Source: Octopus vulgaris
Taxonomy: Eukaryota
NCBI GenBank assembly: GCA_951406725.2
Contig: OX597825.1
Span: forward strand, 21,948,001-22,012,000
Direction: 5' to 3'
Length of the DNA: 64,000 bases
In this document: one piece after another, positions 55,245 through 64,000 of the stretch
Layout of the letters: each line of letters starts with the position of its first letter
Position numbering within the stretch: the stretch's first letter is position 1
Notes under the pieces: generated by a model
What the model was told of the DNA's origin: nothing
Databases searched by the model: none
The model's input: only the letters and a program-made list of their open reading frames with translations
Made by a program: the position numbers and the translations under genes

Positions 55245-55937
55245 GTTAGCAAAGCTACTTACCACACAGCCTCTCCTGCGCCTATGATTGATTATAGTTT
55301 TGATTGATTATAGATTGATTATAGTTTTGAAGCAAAGAGAGCATTCGGAAAAGAAATGCAAGATGACTGACTTTAAAATCTCAATTAATATTAGAGTGGC
55401 ATGAAGGAAATTGTGAAAACTGAAAAATTTCAAGACCTTAAGGAATAAAGAGATAATGAAACTCATGAATGAAAAATGTTGCTGAGATACATAGTGTGTA
55501 TTCCGTAATATCTTCTAGGTCGACTATCAGTTATAAGCAGTTTAGTGATGACATTAGGATGGAATTTAGCTTTTAGAAATGCGTAAAAGCTACCTCCATC
55601 ACTGGGAAACTGTCAGAATCTCCTAAACTCGAAGTTGATCTACAAATAGCTATAAAGGAATAAGAACCTGAGGAAGGGCATAAAGACTTGTAATTATATG
55701 AATACGATGGAATCTACTGAGAAGGACAAACGGAAGAATATTGGAACTGAGTCCTGTATTCTCGATCTGCAGACATGTACCATCCAGAATTCAATAAGAA
55801 TCCAAATATTCTCAAAATTCTTAATGACTTATTCTCATCAAATCTCAAAATTATTTTCATGTTAATTTAATTAGCATGTAAGAGCTTTACGCGCAGCAAT
55901 AGTTATAATAATAATGTTAATAATAATAATAATGATG

Positions 55938-56055
<118 letters not shown>

Positions 56056-56079
56056 CAACACTAATGATAATAATAATGA

Positions 56080-56686
56080 TGACATCTAAAAAATAACCCT
56101 GCTAGGAACAGCCCACTTCCTATGCAAAACATTATAAATTCAATACCAGGCAGTGGCTCTCATGGCTTCTGATCTTAACTGATTGGAAGTGTTATCATGT
56201 ACATTGTTTTGTCTTGGTATAAAAGATGGGCTACAGCAAATATTCTGCTCAATAGCACAGATTTGCTTGTCAGTTGTTTGACCATAGCCAGTTGAGCATG
56301 TCCCTTAGTGGCTGACGATATGTGCATCTCTGATCACGAGCAGAAGTAGTGGGGGAGCATCATAGCCATGTGTTGAGAGGGATTCTTTGGGGTTTGAATA
56401 ATTCACCTCTGGAAACATGGGTGGTTCTTTCAACATCCTTAAACAACCCTTATTCAGGGACCTTTTGAGCGGGATGGGCTACTCAACCTGAAGAAAATTC
56501 TAACTGGGCCACACCTGCAAGGTCATGTGCTGTTTATCTTGATATGAGATCACCATGTCGCGCACATATGGTTGTGATGCATGTGCCTGGTGTAACTTTA
56601 TCAGACGGGTAGTCATGATGGGTATATTTGGCTTCGTATATTTTAACCCAATGTCACTTTGATGGCATGCACTGCTCTCTCACTCA
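56080..56686 (+). mobile_element. R4/Dong-like LINE family D: ORF end plus ~540 bp 3' UTR within (TAA)n
   Basis: 56090-56135 encodes KITLLGTAHFLCKTL, homologous to IQKIALLGTAH in the 33921-34388 ORF. The UTR recurs at 13364, 19305 and 46340. Confidence 0.82.
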
Positions 56687-56707
56687 ATAATAATAATAAT
56701 AATAATG

Positions 56708-56763
<56 letters not shown>

Positions 56764-57149
56764 TAGATAACTATTAGACACTCTACATGATGATAATGCT
56801 TTTTTTGAAAAACGTTGAACATTTATATATGTACACACACACACACGCACACACACATATATATATATATTCATATAATTATTTTGATTATTGAAATACG
56901 AAGGCAAAAATAAATAGATACATAAAGAATCCATATAATTTGGTCTCCTAACCAGTGGCATATTATGTGTAAAGCAATTAGATCTTTCAGCGATTAGATT
57001 AAGACAAATGGCGTCAGAGATTTTGAACCAGACAAAATCTTCTTTTGTATCCGTATTTCTAGATATTTCTATCACTTTCTTTAATACAACCTTCTAAAAT
57101 TTCGAGCTCTCTAGATAATGACATAATTTCAATATATATTGCATGTATG

Positions 57150-57810
57150 TTTAGCATAGTAATAATAATAATAACAATAATAATGATAATGATGATAATA
57201 ATAATAATAATAATAATAATAATAGTAATGTTAATCATAACAACAACAATAATACTAATAATACTACTACTAATAATAATAATAGTGATGATAATATTAA
57301 TAATAATAGTGATAATAATAACAACAATAATAGTAATAGTAATAATAATAATAATAATAATGATCATAATAATAACAATAATAATAATAAAAATACTAAT
57401 ACTACTACTACTACTAATAATAATAATAATAATAGTGATGATAATATTAATAATAATAATAATGATAATAGTAATGTTAATCATAACAACAACAATAATA
57501 ATAATAATACTAATAATAATGATAATAATAGTGATGATAATATTAATAATATTAATAATAATAGTGATAATAATAACAACAATAATAGTAATAGTAATAA
57601 TAATAATAATAATGATAATAATAATAACAATAATAATAATAAAAATACTAATACTAATAATAATAATAAGAAGAACAAGAACAAGAAAAAAGAAGAAGAA
57701 GAAGAAGAAGAAGAAGAAGAAGAAGAAGAAGAAGAAGAAGAAGAAGAAGAAGAAGAAGAAGAAGAAGAAGAAGAAGAAGAAGAAGAAGAAGAAGAAGAAG
57801 AAGAAGAATG
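57150..57810. repeat. Degenerate (TAA)n with ~246 bp higher-order duplication, followed by pure (GAA)n
   Basis: atagtaatgttaatcataacaacaacaat at 57222 and 57468; (GAA)n at ~57690-57807. Confidence 0.9.
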
Positions 57811-58151
57811 AAAACGAGAAAACAGTAATGGTAGCAATGATAGTGGTTATAGAGAAATGTTACAGAATATCAAAGTGGAGAGAGATAAAGAAAATTATTA
57901 TTTGCGGAGAAAATTTGATAGAAATCCACTTTCCCACGAAGAAAACATACTTATTATCAAACCCAAAATATTCAAAATACAAGGTATATGTAGTGAAGAT
58001 GTATCTATGTAACAAAGATTTATGCGTGATTTATTAATATGAGAAGACTATCATTATGAATGTCGACTGTTTGTCTCTCCATAAAATATGATATAATATT
58101 ACATGCATAAAATGATATAGTACTTACACACATATACTCACTCAGGTACAG

Positions 58152-58231
<80 letters not shown>

Positions 58232-58317
58232 TTTGGGTATATATACATGTATAGCTATATGTATATATGTTTATGATTGACAGTTAGAAGAAATTTCAGA
58301 GCTACTTCCAAGTTTTG

Positions 58318-58370
<53 letters not shown>

Positions 58371-58381
58371 GCGTGTATGTG

Positions 58382-58498
<117 letters not shown>

Positions 58499-58515
58499 TT
58501 ACGTACGTATGTACA

Positions 58516-58555
<40 letters not shown>

Positions 58556-58558
58556 TAT

Positions 58559-58632
<74 letters not shown>

Positions 58633-58649
58633 TTACGTACGTATGTACA

Positions 58650-58691
<42 letters not shown>

Positions 58692-59051
58692 TACACATAT
58701 GCATGTGTGTGTATGCATGTGTGTGTGTATAGTAATAGAAATGAGAGATTGAAGAAATGCTTGTGAATAATACCATGCAACATTCCAAGTTCACTTTTCC
58801 TAATTTTTACCTTTTAATCTAATTCTGCGCAATGTAGTTAACTTAATTCAATTTTACTTTATTTTAACTCATGATTTTTCCATATATTCATAACGCACAC
58901 TGTTACACTTCCTCCTGTCTCATTTCCAGGTACATCGAAAGCCTACACACTCCAACCAGTAGTAAACATATATAGTTATAATTCCCATTGACTTGCTTGC
59001 GTTTATGCTTCATGATATCTTGACCTGCTAAGATTGCGATTTTAGCAAGTA

Positions 59052-59611
59052 TTGGGCTGTCCGGAGAGTTCGTGCCGAGTTATAGTAACTTACCTTTCGA
59101 CTTATTTTAGAACATGGTTAAGTTCATAAAATGGGATCTGACTACACCTCCATTTAGAGCACAGTTTAAGCTATCTTATCGTGGAAGAAGGTTTATGTTC
59201 CTATTACCTGTGTTAATTCTGTAACACTTTAAAATAGAAGATAAGAAAGTTCATTTTCGGCACTTGATGCTTTGGGAACCAGACAAAAACTGCTGCAGCT
59301 CGCCTGGGATGTGTTCCCCACCCTCCATATTCACCACATATTGCTCCTTCGGACTTGTTCAAGTCTCTGCAGAATAGTCTTAATGGTAAAAAATTCAATT
59401 CCTTGGATGATGTATAAAGATACCTTGATGAATTCTTTTCCATGAAACCACCTCAATTCTGGGAAGAGGGTATTTCCAAGTTAAAGGAAAGATGGAGACG
59501 CATTGTGCAAGACAATAGTTCATATTTGGTTGATTAAGAATGCAATGGCAAGTATTTATTGACCTTTTTTCTTTCCTTTAAAAATCGGCACGAACTTTCC
59601 GGACAACCCTA
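59052..59611 (+). mobile_element. Internally deleted mariner (mellifera-like), 560 bp, both TIRs present
   Basis: TIRs ttgggctgtccggagagttcgtgccgagtt and aaatcggcacgaactttccggacaacccta, with TA on each side. The N-terminal EDKKVHFRHLMLWE is fused to RQKLLQLAWDV.PHPPYSPHIAPSD..LFKSLQNSLNGKKF...KERWRRIVQDNSSYLVD-stop. Confidence 0.92.
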
Positions 59612-60210
59612 TAGAAAACGTGTGTGTTAGACAGTGTGTGCTTTCAGCTACAAAATGTAGCTTTTTTAGAAATACATCATACATCAGGAGCAGTTTAAAA
59701 TACAAAACTCGGGAGTATAATTTCATCACTTAAGTTGTGCTGGTCTATATTTCGAGGGACAATATATGAACATGTAATTCACAGAACATTGAAGTGACCT
59801 CCCGCTGAACGCTGACATACACCATTTATAACAATACATATGCGTACCACATGAGGCAGGTCATAATTCAACATAGCGAGAAAGTCATGTATTAAAATTT
59901 CAGTAATCATTGCATTCTCATCAGTAGCGCAGCACATTTATAAAGTATATTAATTCCCTTTCTCATAAGCATATTATTACTCGGTGATATATGAAGTAAC
60001 AATTTCATTCTTCGCACATTCATATTTAATAGATGCACTGGCAAGTCGTTAAATCTTACAATATTACGTGAGCAACATAGCACGAGTCTATTAATAAAAA
60101 ATGGTTGGGAATTCAAAAGCGATCGAAACCGCAATAAGTCTCTGAAAATTAGACCACGTAGATACAAAGCATAATCTTGCGTACATTTTCCGTGTGCGTG
60201 CGCTGGTGTT

Positions 60211-60268
<58 letters not shown>

Positions 60269-62119
60269 CGTGCGTGTTTGTTTGCGTAAGACAGTGGTGC
60301 ATGTATACAAAACTTTGAAAATATTATTGAAAAGTAGAATCCTATTCTTCCCGTAGCTCTACATAACATGTATTTCAGTTTGATGCATACCCGCTCTTCG
60401 TGCATGCATATACACGCACACATCTATATGAATCGTACCAGTGGAAGAAGGTCGACGTGAACAGCGAACGTTGACGATGAATCATTTGTTTATCTTGTAT
60501 TTTCGTTTCATATGTATTCTCCGCCCCTTCCGCTTGTTTGAGACAAATATATAATACTTTTCATGGACGATCGAGAAAATAAGAATTATACAGTTCCTTT
60601 ACATAACTTATAAGAATATAAAATATACCCAGATTTATCATCAGGAAAATAATGTAGGAATAGATGAGAATTTCGAAAGAAAGTATCAAGCTTAAAAACA
60701 GACGAGATTAAATTAAGATACGGAATATAAATACCATTGACATGGAAAATGAAAGAAAAAATCGAAACACTTCAGTGGAAATGAAATTACATAACGCTAC
60801 GAGGGTTAAAAATAACCTTTATGCAATATCACTGTGTTATATTAAACTTAATCTTCGACCAGGATATATTGCAAACACCGAAAAAGATTTGTAAAATAAA
60901 TTTGTTTTCAAATATATATGTTTTAGACAGAAAATACATTCCAACGTCTGAAGTAGACGGAAAAATCAATGACCAAACTACGAGACTACAGAAAATAAAA
61001 TGCGAAAATGTAAAGAACGCAATGGGAGAAAAAGGTTGACACAGATGATTCGTAATTTTCTGTCAAGATTAATTCAAGACAAAAATTGAACTTGGTTGAT
61101 AGATATAATAAAAAAGAAAGATTAACAAACTAACCATAAAATATATAAAGTTAAGATAAAACGGACGTTGTGAACGAGAGGAAAAGAAATCAGTGTAGTT
61201 TTGTAAGATTACTATTAAGAGTGGGTTCGTAAAGCAGTCAGATATTAGAAAATATATAACAATACATTAATGTATCATTATGTCAAAACGGCTTAACAAC
61301 GAGTTCCCATCAGTTAGAAATGTAAGGAATATTAAATAACACTTAGTTTTCTTTGAGTAAAATCTCAAATATGTGCATATACTTGGAACTGAGATTGTCA
61401 ATAAATCCAAAATTCTTGTGTAACTAATACGCCATTCTTACATAACCACTTGAAATGTTTCTCAAAATGTCGGCTTTTGTATACATTCGGTATTTAATTT
61501 GAAGTGGACAAAATTGAGGTTGATACAAGTATGAAATCATAAGAAGATAGTCTAGGCGAAAGAAATGTAAAACCCAGGAAATAGAGATCTGGTTAGGAAC
61601 ATTTTAACAAAGCGTAATGAACTTAGCTATGTATTGGTTATAGACTTCTGCAGAAAGCATTAGTGTTGCGTGTAGAATGTTTGAATCATATTAAACACTG
61701 ATTCTTCTAAAGTTATCTTTAAGATGAACGAAATTCGTGACGACAAACATAGAAAATAACAGTAATGATACACAATGCTGAAAACAATGTTCTCCTGCAT
61801 ACATTGAAAAACTGGTTGTCTTAATATCATCAGCTGGGATTTATTAACTAGATTTAAGATTTCGTTATAATGATATATGTTCATCGTATGTTACTGAATA
61901 GAGAAAGTGAAGCAGTCACGTCAGCAAGTGTCCAGCCACAGATAGGCGTTTTCCAATTTTGCTTCCGCAATTAGTTTCGTTAATGTAGAGAAAATGTAAA
62001 AGTAACCGGTTTATTATTAGATTATTGGCTGTATATGTCTATTGTCTTGACCAGATTTGAAGAATGAAGCTCATGAGCAATCTAATGTATACATATGATT
62101 GTGTATGCATATATGTATG

Positions 62120-62153
<34 letters not shown>

Positions 62154-62689
62154 TGTATGTATGTATGTATTTAGTAATCGAAGCGTACAGTATGCATTAC
62201 GGCCGATCTCGAAATTTGGTTTTAGACTAGGCATTCAAGGGAGGGTAAAGTGTCGCTCTTCAAAGGCAGCCGTTATGGAGCGAAATATAGAATTATTGCT
62301 TCATGACCTGCAACAATGTTGTTTCTTGTTGTGAGAACCTTAGCCCGTGAGTCTTGAATCAGGCCCCACTAGACTGAAACATACTTCGCTTGCCCATTCT
62401 ATATTCAATATCCAGTGGCATGCTAGAGAGGCTCGCAGTCTGTTGCTACCTTGTCGGCTGATGTCATCGCGGGAACATCGATGGGAACTTCAGTTCCGAA
62501 CTCAATCCTCGTTATCGTGATCACGCGTATGTTTGCGTTCTCCCCAAGTAATCGCTTTTCTTTTTACTTTTTTTTTCCATTTCCCCCCTCATTCCCCTCG
62601 ACTCTCGACTCGATACACACCCTTTCCTTCAGAGGCGGCATCCAATGTCTCGACTGCTTTCCTCAGCCTTCACAGTGTTCTCTAGATCC

Positions 62690-63630
62690 ACTATAGGGAC
62701 ACTGGATTATTGTCAGTATGATCGAACAGACTAGGACCGACTAGCCTATGTGCGATGTGTCCCACGCGAGACCTTCGTATCAGCTATCGCCGGCCTGGTC
62801 ATTGCTGATCATGAATATAAGGGTTAACGGGGAATCAAGGTTTGTTCCGCTGAGAGAAAGTGAGAAACCGCTACTACATTCAAAGACGGCAGCAGTTGCG
62901 CAAATTTTCCGCTCCCGACACGGGTAAGTAGTGACATAAAATAACGACGTGGAACACTATGGAGGCATAGCGATTGGAGTAAGTACACTTCAAATAATTT
63001 AATGAGATTTGGCCGGAGGTCAGGTTTGATGACAGCATCCGAGGTAATTCCAGCTCCTCTTGCGTATATTAAAATTGTTGCGGTGGAAAAGCTCATAGTG
63101 GGAATTCTGGTCTTGAAAACATGTCGAAGCTCGTTCGTAGAGACGGTGTCATTGGTTGTCTGTTTGCACTCCCCATCCCATTCGTCTCTGCGTGCGAACG
63201 CAAGTCCTAGATCTCTGCTCGCAACACAGCTGTATCGGATGTCTTACCTTCAACATTCTGGTTTCACGCTCGTACAGCCGACCTCACGTACATCCTCTGT
63301 GAGCCGGTTGAGACTCACGAATCTGGTTTTGATGAACAGCATCTGCGTTACGTTAGCGTGTCCAACATCCGGTTGCTTAGGCCTGCACGGTCTCTCTGAG
63401 AGTATTCTTTGCCGAATGTCCGAGGCAGCCGATACTTCACTGGGATATAATTAAAATCCGCACTACAAGCTCCGCCAGCTTGAAAACAACAATTAAGGAA
63501 CGATGGATAATTGCCTCATCCGCGCGTCATCCGTTGGTCTCCGTTCACAACGAGGCAATGATGAAAATGTGAGACTCATGTCGTTCATATTGGACTTTGG
63601 AGGTGAAATTCCTAGATTGTCGCATGTTAT
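62690..63630 (+). pseudogene. Decayed partial 18S rRNA copy
   Basis: Mutated versions of conserved SSU segments occur in order: taacggggaatcaagg, gagaaaccgctactacat, ggcagcagttgcgcaaatt, ggtaattccagctcc..gcgtatattaaaattgttgcgg..aaaagctc, gaggcaatgat, gaggtgaaattc. The 3' half is absent. Confidence 0.88.
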
Positions 63631-64000
63631 TAAGTGTAACATACACATGTTACATAAACTAATTCCAGAACAGAAATCTTACTAGAAACTCAAAATTCCT
63701 CCACTAAAACTAGTATAATGACTTGATCACAATCATTGTTGAAATAATAGAATTAATTGATTTGATTAAGAGAGGGCATAATCTGCTGTAAATAAAATTT
63801 GGTTGAAGCAATATATTATATTACCAATATATTACGTCTAGTTTCGATGATGTTTGCTTAGTGTCTACAATACAAAAGCATATTTATGGAATATGCATGA
63901 AGGTTAAGCTAGCTTCTCATTATCAGATAAAACTTGTGGTTAAATATAACATCATATATCGATATATTTGGGGATTGTCTATTACAGAGTAAATAAAATA

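Larger units (their letters stand above)
52356..55285 (-). mobile_element. SINE family A with duplicated 5' half; host of the 53044-55244 insertion
   Basis: 3' half at 52356-52575 and first head at 52613-52776. The second head at 52900-53043 resumes at 55261-55285 (accacacagcctctcctgcgcctat). Confidence 0.88.

Noticed and set aside
57147-58037. 296-aa poly-Ile/poly-Lys ORF
   Set aside because: Translation of (TAA)n and (GAA)n repeats.

Overview
AT-rich eukaryotic intergenic or intronic DNA saturated with microsatellites ((TA)n, (CA)n, (ATAG)n, (TAA)n). From memory, the SINE repertoire resembles octopus/cephalopod DNA; this was not checked by a search. No intact host protein-coding gene is supportable, and most track ORFs are translated microsatellites. 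The window is a transposon graveyard. It holds three tRNA-derived SINE families (labelled A, B and C here) and several distinct REL-endonuclease (R4/Dong-like) LINE families whose 3' ends abut (TAA)n tracts, always in the same orientation as the tract. It also holds an RTE-like fragment, a Penelope-like (GIY-YIG) fragment, three mariner derivatives, a piggyBac end, a probable Helitron, MITEs and a decayed 18S rRNA copy. Four items are most notable. (1) A 2.2 kb, TSD-flanked, apparently full-length retroelement encoding only an ORF1 (putative RRM-like region plus CCHC knuckle, no RT) sits inside the tRNA-like head of a SINE at 53044-55244. (2) A 644-bp unit occurs as tandem plus inverted, circularly permuted copies between (TA)n tracts at 20723-22516. 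(3) A minimal type I hammerhead ribozyme lies in an inverted repeat at 41592-41640. (4) Three SINEs are stacked at one site with the junction sequence repeated four times at 51191-51903. All alignments were made by eye and boundaries are approximate.
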